A stretch of 64,000 bases of DNA from Rhynchobatus australiae (Eukaryota). This document shows positions 38,501 to 50,786 of the stretch, in pieces (the first letter of the stretch is position 1; every line of letters begins with the position of its first letter). The position numbers were made by a program, and so were the translations under genes. The DNA lies in NCBI GenBank assembly GCA_034780895.1, contig JAUZTB010000062.1, positions 14,477,471-14,541,470 on the forward strand. The letters run 5' to 3'. The notes under the pieces were generated by a model. That model was given only the letters and a program-made list of their open reading frames with translations. It made no database searches and was not told where the DNA came from.

Positions 38501-38879
38501 GCACTTGCTGCATTTGTGATCTGTGAGCCTTAGATTATATGTTCACCACAAAGCATCAATAATAAGGACTTAAGCAATTCTATCATGTGTGGTAATCATT
38601 TCTAGTTGCAAAGTAAACCAACCTGCAAGGTCTGTTTACTGAGAAGTTCACTGACATCAAGGAGTACAAGGAATATATCTTAGTGCTGAAAATTATTTAA
38701 ATAGAACTGTTAATTTATTGGTTAATCAGATATAGGAAATAACAAACTGAAAAATATTCTCCTTATTGGGTTGTGCCACACTGCACTGGGCACCCACAAG
38801 TGAAGTTTGGCCAATTTGTTTATATACAAAGGGCTGTTATCACTACAGATCTACCATCACAACAGCAGTGGGAAGTACA

Positions 38880-39350
38880 GCAATGGAGTAGCCAGCTACA
38901 TCGGGCAGGTCACATTTCTTGCGTGTCCAACACCACACTCCTAAAAATGGACACTGCACTCCAAGCTCTGCCAGAGGCAGGAACTGCCAGATGGACAGAG
39001 GTAGAGATTCAAAGATACAGTATATTCAAGGTCTCCTTAAAAAAATGCAACATCCCTACCAATGCCCAGGAAACTCTGGCTTGTGTCTGCTCAAAGCAGA
39101 GCACGGCATTTGGGATGGCATTGAGAACTTCAAGTCAATGCACTAGGAGCAAACAGAATATCCGTATATGTGGCAGAAAGAATTCACTACCTAACAAACT
39201 ACTCTCCCACATGCCCCATCAAGGACCTCCTGCTCTGTCTACAGAAGGATCTGCAGATCTGCAGTGCCCTTATCAGCTACTTTAGAAGTCTTAAAACCAG
39301 AGTGAAAGTAAGCTGCCCTTGATTCTGAGGAAATCCCGAAGAAGAAGAAA
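38880..39350 (+). mobile_element. Degenerate RTE-clade LINE 3' end
   Basis: QLHRAGHISCV (RTE QLRWAGHV-like) and FKVSLKKCNI; ends in (GAA)n. Confidence 0.65.
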
Positions 39351-40155
39351 GTGAAAGGAAAAGGGATTCATAAATAGAAAGCTGTGATACAATTGCATAG
39401 AGCAATAAAATATGGGTTGTGTTACCTAAAGGAGAAGTATTATGAGCTGTGGATTCAAGACATCAGAAAACTAGATCTTGGCTCTAATTTAGTTTGAGGT
39501 TTGATCAGCACTTTGAGAAAAACACACTGCCAACAATTGTGTTACTGCTACCAGCCTAATAGTCAGCTGTTACAGAATAGCAACATGACTAAATTACCCA
39601 GTGCCATTTTCTCTCTGCCTCCCTAACATGGACTACATCAGTAACCTAATCAAAAATGAATAGAATGGGGAAGAAATCTATCTTTGAATGTCAATGGAAC
39701 GAAACGTACAAAGCTCTCTATGAGCTGCCGATGTTGTCTTAAGTGCTTAATGCCGGCAACAAAAGATTTTGCCATGTATGTATTCTAATAAAGAGCTTAA
39801 ATGTGGAAAATTAGATTTTACAGCTGCTGAAAAAATGAAAAGTAATGGAGTATTACTGGAAGAGTTTACAGTTGGAGCAGTAAATACAGGGCTTGAGAGC
39901 CTTATCTGATGGCTCACAGATTGAATTATTTGTAAAACAGGGATTTTCCCTGATGATGTGGTCAAAATGTCCAGCAAAACAGATTAATTGGACATTCATA
40001 ATTTTGTGGGATCTTAATTCTATTCAAATTGTTTGCTCTATTTGCATACCAAACAAAACTGCATTCAACACGAAATTGGTTTGGTTGTGATAACGCACTA
40101 CAAAGATCTCTTTAAATGCCTTCTTCCTGGTTTGTATTAAAATAATAAATGTTAC

Positions 40156-40276
40156 CTTATGACTACTGTGGGATTGGCCAAGCAACACCTTTGTTATATC
40201 CAAACCGTCAAAACGTCTGTTTGGAGGCAGGCTTGCTCCTGCTAGCGGAATCAGGGTGGAAAATATATCCAGTGTG
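40156..40276 (-). CDS. ARSG: Arylsulfatase G internal exon (121 nt)
   Basis: aatttttgcag|...CATAAG|gtaaca; encodes (S)TLDIFSTLIPLAGASLPPNRRFDGLDITKVLLGQSHSSHK; phase 2 to 0. Confidence 0.95.
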
Positions 40277-40879
40277 CTGCAAAAATTAAATATTTTTAGG
40301 ATGAAACATTATTATTTTATAAGCTCAGAGTTTTAAGAATTAAAAAAAAACATTTTTACAAAGACAGTGATGTCCTTGATGAAAGTAGTAAGCATTTTTT
40401 TTAACATTTGAGTTTAGAAAAGCCTGCGTGTTGAACTGAACCTCTAATCAAGAATGTATTTGAACTCAGATCCAAGAGATAAAAGGACATGCTGACTTAT
40501 CTCTACTGCATGAATGAATCTTGAGTGAATTGGTAGACAAATACAAATGTAAAAGAGAGTTCAAATTTCAGAGAACTCTGACGTCAAAAATCCAAAAACT
40601 AAACAGATATCTAGGAGTGATTACAAATAAGTATTTGCTTTGATTTCTTTGCCAGCTTTCTCCTCCTCTCTAGTGAAGCCACTGGCTTTTGCCACAGTTT
40701 AAGTAATTTCTCTCACTGACACTTAAACAACATATTATATACGTATCAAAGAGTAATTCAGTGGATTATTCAACCGGACCACAAACATTTTGAAGAACAT
40801 TTTGGATAACTTGATTCTCCATCATGTCAGTGCAATCATGTCAGGGCAGTAAACTCAAATACTTTGGTTATTCTCCTAC

Positions 40880-40988
40880 CTAAGCAGTGAGCTGCTTGTT
40901 GTGTTAGTTGGGATTTTGCCTGGCCAATATGCTATTGCTGGTATTCGATGGCCACCTTCCCATGTAGTCCTTTTAGCTGAACTGCCAC
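40880..40988 (-). CDS. ARSG: Arylsulfatase G internal exon (109 nt)
   Basis: tttttgacttag|...CTTAG|gtagga; encodes (G)[35 protein letters not shown], with the sulfatase K.TTWEGG.R.P motif; phase 1 to 2. Confidence 0.96.
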
Positions 40989-41772
40989 CTAAGTCAAAAA
41001 CAAAATTTATTAAACATTAAATTAACCAATATCACTGTTAACAGGTCAACAATTTGCTTCTTAACAACTTCTAAATTTACCAAGATTCTACATTGAAAAC
41101 TGAAAATTCTGCACTTTGACCTCTCAACTATTTGCTCTTCCCCCACCAAAAAAATTTAGTTGCTAAGCAACTGTAAAATTAATTGGTTTACAATTCACCA
41201 ATTTGTACCATTAGGTTTTCACTGAGTGTATTAACTTACTCATTAACAAGGAGAGTTCCTCACTTGAACCCCTATCATGACACTGTTACATCATATGATA
41301 GCCAGATCTACTCCTACGATTGGGTGAGTGCTCTGAAAGCAACAAGTTACAATCTAATGGTTTACACAGTTAGGGTAGGGTTAGACCTAAGCACATCTAA
41401 CATTAGTTTTAAGGCATAAGGAATTTATTAATAGTTAAGATCAAGTCTTTCCTGATGGTTTTCTTGTTTTTGTGTTGGATAACATGTCAACAAACAACAG
41501 GAGTGAAATCCTTGTCAGGGAAGCTGAAGCTAAACCTTTTCTGAATGTACTGTCTCTCAATGAGCTAAAGTTTCTGGTCTTATGGTGTAATCATTCACCT
41601 GGTGAGGAGATTCTGCAAAGTAAATTTAGAAGAAGGATATGCAGACCCCAAGGGTTAAATTAGAAGGAAGGATGCCACATAGATGTATGGAATTTCCTGG
41701 TACAAAGGTATTTGAATAATTTAATTAAATTTTCAAGATATCATGAACAACTGATAGGATGGTTTATTTTAG

Positions 41773-41774
<2 letters not shown>

Positions 41775-41836
<62 letters not shown>
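41775..41836. repeat. (GT)31 microsatellite
   Basis: Perfect dinucleotide run. Confidence 0.98.
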
Positions 41837-41838
<2 letters not shown>

Positions 41839-41934
41839 CAACAAGGCCAGAGATAATACTCAGCCCTAAGTGCCCTTGAAAAAGTAATGGTCTCATAGTA
41901 TTGCCGGTAAAAAGTTCCAGTATTTAGACTCAGA

Positions 41935-42646
41935 GTTCAGAGTTATACAGCATGGAATCAGACCCATTGGCCCAACTGGTCCATGCCGACCAAGATGCCC
42001 CATCCAAGCTAGCCCCATTTGTCAGTATTTGGCCCATTACCTTCTAAACCTTTCCAATCCATGTACCTGTCCAACTGTCTTTTAAAAGTTGTTATTGTAC
42101 CTGCCTCAACCACTTNNNNNNNNNNNNNNNNNNNNNNNNNNNNNNNNNNNNNGTGTAAAAAAGTTGCCTCTCAACTTGCTATTAAGTCTTTCCCCTCTCA
42201 CTCTAAATCTATGCCCTCTAGTTCTTGATTCCCCAACCCTGGGAAAAAGACTGAGGGCATTCACCCTATCTATGCCCCTCATGATGTTATACACCTCTGT
42301 AAGATCACCTCTCAATTTTCTACGCTCCAAGGAATAAAGTCCTAGCCTGTCCAACCTCTCCCTATAACTCAGTCCCTCAAGTCCTGGAACATCCTTGTAA
42401 ATCTTTTCTGCACTCTTCCCAGTTTAATAACATATTTCCTATGGCAGGGTGATCAAATCTGAACACAATGCTCCAAGTGCACCCTCACCAGCGTTCTGTA
42501 CAACTGCACCATGACCTCCCAACTTTTATACTCAATGCCCTGACCGGTGAAGGCCAGCATGCCAAAAGCCTTCTTCACCACCCTGTCTACCTGTAACTCC
42601 ACTTTCAGTGAACCAAGTACTTGTACTCCAGGGTCCCTCTGTTCTC
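41935..42646 (-). mobile_element. CR1 LINE 3' end
   Basis: ORF 42106-42354 (DRLGLYSLERRKLRGDLTEVYNIMRGIDRV..LFPRVGESRTRGHRF) plus 3' UTR. Confidence 0.92.
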
Positions 42647-43919
42647 AGTGATGATAAAGGATACATTACTAAAATATATATCTAAAATGGATGTTCAATT
42701 ATCAACACTTATTTACTAGGCTTACACAGAAGACACCAGAATGTTGATGGTACTCAAAATTCTGGGCCTTCTATTCCCAAAGTGATTGGGAAGTTGAAGA
42801 CTAAGGGGTGCATTGTCTAAAAGTTAGAGCTGGTCCTTTTAGGAGTGAGGTGAAGAAAAATTACACAAAAAGGAATGGCAGAAGTTTTAAAAGGCTTTCC
42901 ACAAATGGATGCTGGATCAATTCTTACTTTTAAATTTGGGATTTTTATTTTTTAATGTTAGAAATTAAGGAATCTGGGCCAAAAACAGTTATATCGAGTT
43001 AGATTGAGGGCNNNNNNNNNNCTACTCCTGTTCCCATGTTCCTGGAGCAAACAAGCTGATACCGGAATCATGTGAGAGCTTGGGAAGGGTTTAATTCATA
43101 AAATTATCAGCATATTAGAAATGTGACACAACTGTTGACTTCCAGACTTGATCACCGAAGTATATTAATCAGTGAGATCTGGAAACCATGCCAGGAGTGG
43201 CAGGTTGATAATTTAAAAATGATAATAGCTCAGTGTTTCAAGTTTTGTGAGATTTAACCCAGGGTGCATAGGTTTACTATGTTTTCTGGAATTCGGCAAT
43301 ATTATGCAAGAGTTGACCAACGTGTTATGCACGATGGTGGTTCAAAAGCTGGCAATGTAATCTCAGAACAAATACTGCAGCTTCCCAGCTACTGTCCTGA
43401 GTTATTCTGCGAAATACTTACTTCATGGAAATTATGTTCAATATTTCCTTAAGGAGCTCTGAGAACTAGTGTTCACCTTGTCGCTCAGTACCAACATTTT
43501 TGGACCTGCTGACTGCATTCATTTAACAGGTCTCCACCAGATTTGTAAAAATTGGTGATGCTCACATGAGAAACATCAAAGGAGCTGGCTAGGCCACCAC
43601 AGGAGCTCCAGAATCCGCAGCGGGCTGCTTCTGACCAAGCTGAAAATTTACAACTGAGAGCAGCTCGTGACAGGGCCAGTTTGCAGCAGGCCACACAGAT
43701 AGAAAAAACAGATAGAGGCTCTGTTTCATCACGGAGGTACATAGCAGTATCTCAGCAGAATCAGGTTACAGCAGGTCTCTGCAACCTTCCTCAATACACC
43801 ATGCTTTCACTGGTCACAAAGACCACAACTTCTGTGTCTTGGGATAACTCCAGGGTTCTGCTGAACATAGCTGAAGGATTTCTCAGTTGTCACATATGAA
43901 ACTGACAACTGAGAAGAGG

Positions 43920-44190
43920 CCTTCTTATGCACAGGAGGCCATTTGGTGCATGGAGTCTGCACAGGCTCCCAGAGCAATCCCACCAATCTCATCCCTCCAC
44001 CTATTTTCCTGTAACTATTCTGTCTCACATGGCCATCAACTCCACCTAATTCTGTTGCCACCCAGCTACACTAGGGGTAATTTACAGACATTTACCAGCA
44101 TGCAAGTCTTTGGGAAATCCAAGCAGTCATGGAAAGAATGTGCAAACTTCACACAGACAACACACAAGGAGCTGTGCCACACCGGCACTA
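43920..44190 (-). mobile_element. Degenerate V-SINE
   Basis: Antisense V-domain GAATGTGCAAACTTCACACAGACA and a CR1-type tail. Confidence 0.6.
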
Positions 44191-45736
44191 ACGGCCAATC
44201 CATCTATGGGTAATCCATGGGTATCAGATTCACCAAGTATGATGGCTGCCAGAATGGTCTGAGCAGGTTCTCCAGGGAGAGTTAATTTGGTAATCATGAC
44301 AATCCCAAATCAATCTGGAGTTGGAAAGGATTCCAAGGCATTAACGTGCAGCTGATCTGCAACTACATGAAATATTTCTCCTGGTGTGTACAAGATACCC
44401 AGGGAGTTGTCATTGTTCCTTTAACCTCCAACACTCGACTTTCACTGATCTACTCAAACCACCAAATAGAATCCATGTGCAGGAAGACATATATTCAAAG
44501 GCCCGTGATATCATGCTCCTTGTGCTCATGCCAGACTCCTCCATACCATTCACAGGAGTGTGCACTGTAGCTGGGACACCTGCCAACATCTCACACAGTC
44601 TTTGTTGCTGCTCTATACGTATCTGATTGTCTAATGGAGCACCTGGTGCAGCATCTGCCTTCAGCTGAGCAAAGCCCTTCAAAGCAGACTTTGTCTGTGT
44701 CCAGTGTCACCTTTTGTGTCCACCAGCTGCCCACATATGCACACCATGTAGAAACCCACCCAGGTGCCTGATCAAGGCCATTGATGTGAGTATTTGTGAG
44801 ATCGGNNNNNNNNNNTCTCAGAAAGAGCGATGACCCCTGAGGAATCAAAACCCTTTTGCTTCAGAACTTGCGGAAAGGGTGAAGGTGCTGTTAAAGACAT
44901 TTATCAAAACTTTCAAAGTATTTCATTTCAGCCTGTAATTATGCAACTGGATCATTCCCATTTATTTGCCTCTCCTTAATGTTCTGTGCACTCTTTTCCT
45001 GGAGGGAGAGTGAAATAAGGATCATAAGTGAGATCAATATCATCTTGCACAGAAACAGAGGACTTACTGATGGACTGATGGCAAGTATGGGAATACATGA
45101 CATTGTTTAAAGATGAGGTCGATTGTCAGTGGTTATACTGATGGGAATCTCAAGAAACATTTATGCAGGGAAAGATCTGTGGATGTTTGGATAACAGGCT
45201 GAGGGCGTTGAGTAGTACTCATATTACGCTGTAGGAGCATGTTCCACTTTGTTCACCTTTCCTGATCATTACACTACTTGCACCATTGACTCCAGGAATC
45301 AATAGTAGAGTGCCACAGTTCTGCTGCCATAGATACTTGGCATTATTTGCAGGCTCAATTAGCTTCTCAATATGTAAGGAAATCCAAAACAAATATGGAA
45401 ATGTAGTGGCAAAGTTAAATGTACTCCATCAAACAATCTCACAGCAAAACAAAAATTGTCTATGGGCCAGTGGTAAGCTCCCCTACTTTGATCACATCAG
45501 GAAGTTAAAACCCACCCACACCCACTCCCCACCCCACACAATCTCAACAATGTCTGCTTCTAGTCTCCGTCCAATTAGCCTTTTTAAAGTACAAAATATT
45601 GAAGTACAAAAAAAACAAAGACATATCTGGATGTGCAGCTGTATCCCTGAATTAACATTTAATTTATGAGACTTTTCATCTAAGTATAGCTCTTCTTTTG
45701 GAAAAGCAGCTTCTCCATTGGTTATCTATTTATTAC

Positions 45737-45817
45737 CTTGTTGTGTCTGCCACGTTCCTTCAAATGGACCAACACTTCCAGAAAACTCGCATTTCTCAGA
45801 CCAAGGCCCATTGTCAC
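45737..45817 (-). CDS. ARSG: Arylsulfatase G internal exon (81 nt)
   Basis: ccatatag|GT...CAAG|gtaata; encodes (G)[26 protein letters not shown], with the metal-binding GDNG motif; phase 1 to 1. Confidence 0.95.
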
Positions 45818-48427
45818 CTATATGGGAAAAGAATTTATAAACAATCATACAGAGGTTTGTAAAATTGAAAATGCCAGCCACTAAGAGATATTTATAGAGA
45901 CAGTAAACCTGGGTAGTACATCACAATATGGTAAGATGCAAGCTTCTATATAACTCTTAATGCTTTGACTTTCTAATCTTAGACAAACTTTCAATGGAAA
46001 ACACCAAAGGAAACTAGAAAATTAGAACCATCACAACATCTTATTATTGTGTGAATTTGGATACTTGCCAGTATGAATTGGTGCCATATGCGAATGAGAT
46101 TTTCTAACACCAATCACTGATTTGCTTAAGAAGTGGAACTGTAAAAATCACTGCTGTTTTAACAATATTGTATCTCCAGTCCTAAAAAACTGACAATATA
46201 AGGAGAAGCCTATTAAAGTAAATTGAACAGGGATACCCAATTTGTTGGTACATTTCTGATTGTTTAGTCTTAGTTATAGTGCTAAATCATTGTTAGGCTT
46301 TAACATGGATAGTAATTGATGCTTGGACCTTAATGATGAGGAGATGTTATTTGAAATCTATCATTAACTTATTCATTTTAAATGTTCATCATATTTCCAG
46401 TTTCAATTCTTCTGTAGCTATAATGGAGCTTAGGTTGTGCCCCATATGTTAAAAACATCCACACATCCAAAAGGTGAATGCTTGCAAGAAGAGTAGTTAT
46501 CATAAAGATATTGGTCATCACATCTAAAGTGAAAATCTACTGACCCATGCCTAGATTGTCACTTAGAAAGACTCATATATTACTAGATAACAGGCACAGG
46601 AAAATTCCAACAACTGCATAAATTCCATCTCAAAAATATTACATTTTTGTACAATACTGCTGCTCTTTTTCATCATTCTAAAGATCTGCATTTGGCTAGG
46701 GAAGGAAGATGAATGATTCCCAATCTCAATAAGTCAATATTTTCAGACCAGCTGCTTTTCCATGAGAGAGGAAAACATAATGCACCAGATAGATCTATCG
46801 TGCATTCAGTCCTGATGGACTGACATAGGCAGAAGTGAATAAGCAGCTTTCTAGCCCAGGAAAAATGTCAAAGTCAGAGAGGCAATCAATGGAGTGACTG
46901 GAGGAGAAAACAATATTGTTGGATCTTTTGGGTTATACATAAAAATAATGAAATACACTACAGTTGAACTATACGACATCACTAACAACAAATGTCTTTT
47001 TAAAACAATTGTGGAATTGCTTACAGACTAAAATTAATTCCAATCCCTGCCTAGAAATTTGATCATATAGCCATGTTTATAAGCACAATGCAAAGGAATA
47101 CCAACACTAATGAGAATAAATCATGAAAACTTATTAATTACNNNNNNNNNNNNNNNNNNNNNNNNNNNNNNNNNNNNNNNNNNNNNNNNNNNNNNNNNNN
47201 NNNNNNNNNNNNNNNNNNNNNNNNNNNNNNNNNNNNNNNNNAGAATAAATCATGAAAACTGATTAATTACTTACCACATCCATCTTCACTTATTTGAGGT
47301 ATCACTCTAATCATGGGAAGTTTTCCCTTGATGCCCACTAATTTCAGTTTTACCTGGGCTCCTTGAAGCCATACATAAGACTTTTTTTTGAGTGAATGGA
47401 AGTTCTTTCCCTTATTTTTTTCCAAGGGAAAAATTCTTCATAGACTCTCAGAAATCAAATGGAACAGATCCTTCCTTTGGGCCTGATCCATTAGTGAGAA
47501 TATTTTGAAAAGTCAATATTTTAAAATTATTTTTTCATTTTTCTGGATCTGGGCACCGGTGGCATGACCGGCAGTTATTATCCATCCCAAATTGCCATTG
47601 AGAGGTTGGTGATGAGTAACCTTCTTGAATTATTGTAGTACTGCTGGAAAAGCTATCCCCACACTGTTGTTGAGTATAGAGTTCCAGGATTTGGACCCAG
47701 CAATGATGAAAGGAATGGCAATATATTTCCAAGTTAGGATAGTGTGTAACTTGGAGGGAACCCTGTAACCTGTGCTGCACCCTTGCTTCTGCTACCAAGA
47801 AGGTCACAGGTTTGGAAGGTACTGTTGGAGTAGTTCAAGTGAATAAATGTAGTATATTTTGTAGGTGATATGCACTGCAAACCTTTGTGTTCTGGTTTGG
47901 TGGTGAGAGTGACTGTGCTTGACATCAAGACAGCATGTGAGTATACAATGAAGGAGCCCTGCCAAACCTGAAGTCAGTGGGCATTAAGAGAAACATTCAG
48001 AGTCATACCTCAAACAAAGGAAGATGAATGTGGATGGTGATTAATCAAGTTTTCATGATTTACTCTCAAAAGTATCAGATTCGATTCCATTGAGCTGAAG
48101 AACAGTGCTACAATTAGCAGGCAATGGTAAAGCTCCTTGTTACTGATTACTTCATTACATATCTACCAGAAAATTAACTTCACCCTCACAACAGTTCCAT
48201 ATCCTCAACAGTGAGGAATTCAAAGGTGCATTGAAACAAAAGATGACTTGGAATGTGTTAATTTAAAACACATTCAATAAATAAACAAACAGAGATGACA
48301 CAGGCCAAGACCATTGATGCTGTGCTCCCTCCTTTATCCCCAAACTTCACCAATCACTCCATATGCATATGTCATTCATGAAGTTAGGCCAGAATGATTT
48401 AAGAAAAGACTTGAATGAATATTGAAT

Positions 48428-48562
48428 GAATGGATAGGTACATGGAGCTGAGAAAAATAGAGGGCTATGGGTAAGCCTAGTAGTTTCTAGGGTAGGGACA
48501 TGATTGGCACAGCTTTGTGGGCCAAAGGGCCTGAATTGTGCTGTAGGTTTTCTGTTTCTAAT
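48428..48562 (+). mobile_element. CR1 LINE 3' tail
   Basis: ATGGATAGGTACATGG...AGAGGGCTATGGG...GGGCCAAAGGGCCTGAATTGTGCTGTAGGTTTTCT. Confidence 0.75.
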
Positions 48563-50244
48563 ATAAATCACAAAGCAATAACGACAAAAGAAATTCAGCA
48601 ACTAATGATGTGAAAAAAACTTTTTTGTGTTTTCCTTTTATGTTAGCCCTCAATCTGGCTTGCTGGCCCTAGTACTTCTACGCAGTGTCCCCACTGTGGA
48701 TGCAGCCAAGTAAATGGAAGACTGCTCTTAAACAGTTGACTGCAGGCAGCTCTGGGTCAGCTAGTGACTACAGCACTTGTAATTACCTCAGAATACGTGA
48801 GAGGAGAATTGTTGGCATGCTGGAAGAGGACAGCACATTCCAGCTCCACAATGGCAGTGGAACTCTCCTGGCATACTACAGACCATATATTTGCCATGAG
48901 CAAGATCACACAGCTGCTATTAAAGCCTCCAGACCCATACCACCACGAATGATGACAAGAAGGTACTCCCAGGGATCAGTTCTTATTCTTGGAGAATAGC
49001 CTTCATCCTCAGCAACTTTCCCATGAAAACTTCTCTATTTCAGTTCTCATCTGAGTCCTCTGGTTCAGGACTGAAATGTGACCTCTTTTTTCTTTTCTCC
49101 CTCTCTCTCTCTCTGTCTGGCATGCTAGTTCCCCTATGCCTCTTGCCTAACTGTAGCTTGGTAATATCAGGTGCCTCGATGTGAAACATGTGCTTATGGC
49201 TAAACTTGTTTAACCTCTGGAATGCCACCTTCTGAACTGGTGGTGGACGGAGGGGTGGATGCGGGGTGAAAGGCAACAACATAATCTCTTCCACTCTGCC
49301 CCTTCCTTTGTAGTGGCACTCCTGTCTGGGATGGGTGGTATGTCCTGTATCATTGCAATAAAGATAAGAGCTTAATGCCATTATGTAGATTGGCCAATGT
49401 ACATAGAAATACACAAAGACTATTCATCACTATGATGGAAAGAAGCACGGTAAAGGTTAGTAGATACTCACATATGCACATCACATCAGCTCCAAAAGAG
49501 GTTATGACTCACGTAGCCTCAATACCCTCAGGGGTTAGACCCCCCCTCCTCCATCCTGGTGATCCTTTGGAATGGAAAGGATCTTCCAGTATTTTTTGCA
49601 AAAGGTATGCGTTGCAGACTAATTCATCCAAGGAGAGAACCAAGGGTGAAGTAGAATAGATTTCAAAGTGCGGTATTGACATAGCTGTATTAACTGAATC
49701 GTTGCCACTGCATGTGTAATGTGTGCTTTCAGGGCTTAAGTATGGGGGAGAGAGAGGGAGAGAGAGATGTTGAGATCCAAAGAATGTGACTAGTGCAGCT
49801 TTGTGTGTATTTGTGAGCTCCAATTCAAAGCACCAGGGAATGATATATCTTGAGAGGCCATGGTATTGCTTTATGCATTGTTCCCAAGTGCATGGCAATT
49901 TGCTTGTGGAACAATCTCTGCAGCTATTTTGTGTCACAGGGTCATCAGCTCTGCTGGTACCAATATTGCAGAGCTCATGGCTCCTGCACCGACTACATCT
50001 ATTAGGATAGTTGGATCGATTCAGTAAAACAAAGAACTTGTTCCTTACTGTGCAACAGTTGACCTTGCAGATATTTCACACTGAGAATAGACCTGTAGTA
50101 GTACTGCGTCTTAAGAGCAATTGTTCTTTAACAATAGAACCCTGACATCAATTATCACAGTAATGTTCAGCGGGTGGGCACCTTGAGCCACGAATTATAG
50201 TGTATTGTGCCTTCATAAGACAAAAGTAGCAGTCCACTCTCAAG

Positions 50245-50786
50245 ACACAAGAAATTCTGCAGATACTGGAATCTACACAAAAAGTGCTGGAGGAACTCAG
50301 CAGGTCAGGCAGCATCTATGGAGGGAAATAAACAGTTGACACCCTCTCCTACTGGATTCCTTCTTCTTCAGCCCTTTGTCTCTTCTACCTANNNNNNNNN
50401 NNNNNNNNNNNNNNNNNNNNNNNNNNNNNNNNNNNNNNNNNNNNNNNNNNNNNNNNNNNNNNNNNNNNNNNNNNNNNNNNNNNNNNNNNNNCAGTTGACA
50501 CCCTCTCCTACTGGATTCCTTCTTCTTCAGCCCTTTGTCTCTTCTACCTATCACCTTTCAGCTTATTACGTCTTCCCCCCTTCCCCCACCCAACTTCCCC
50601 ATCTCACCCAGACTCACCTTTCACCTGCCTGCGTGTGCTCCTCCACCTCCCTCCACCTTCTTCTTCTGGCTTCTGCCCTCTTCCTTTCCAGTCCTGATGA
50701 AGAGTCTTGGCCCAAAACGTTGACTGTTTATTTCCATCCATAGATGCTGCCTGACCTGCTGAGTTGCTCCAGCACTTTTTGTGTAT
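50245..50786. mobile_element. Penelope-derived fold-back insertion with 14-bp TSD and hammerhead-like motif
   Basis: Inverted arms ~50274-50340 and ~50720-50786; flanks AGTCCACTCTCAAG 50231-50244 and AGTCCATTCTCAAG 50787-50800. Confidence 0.8.
50689..50726 (+). ncRNA. Decayed minimal hammerhead-ribozyme motif
   Basis: CAGTC-CTGATGA-A-GAGT(CTTG)GCCC-AAAAC-GTT-GACTG; perfect stem I (CAGTC/GACTG), G12 replaced by A. Confidence 0.6.

Noticed and set aside
38773-39285. 170-aa ORF
   Set aside because: Lies in a decayed RTE LINE 3' end.
29328-40988. Circular RNA from three ARSG exons (321 nt, frame-preserving) driven by inverted CR1 copies at ~28000 and ~42500
   Set aside because: The flanking CR1 copies are visibly diverged and 14 kb apart, and the circle has no in-frame ATG. 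Nothing supports it beyond arithmetic.
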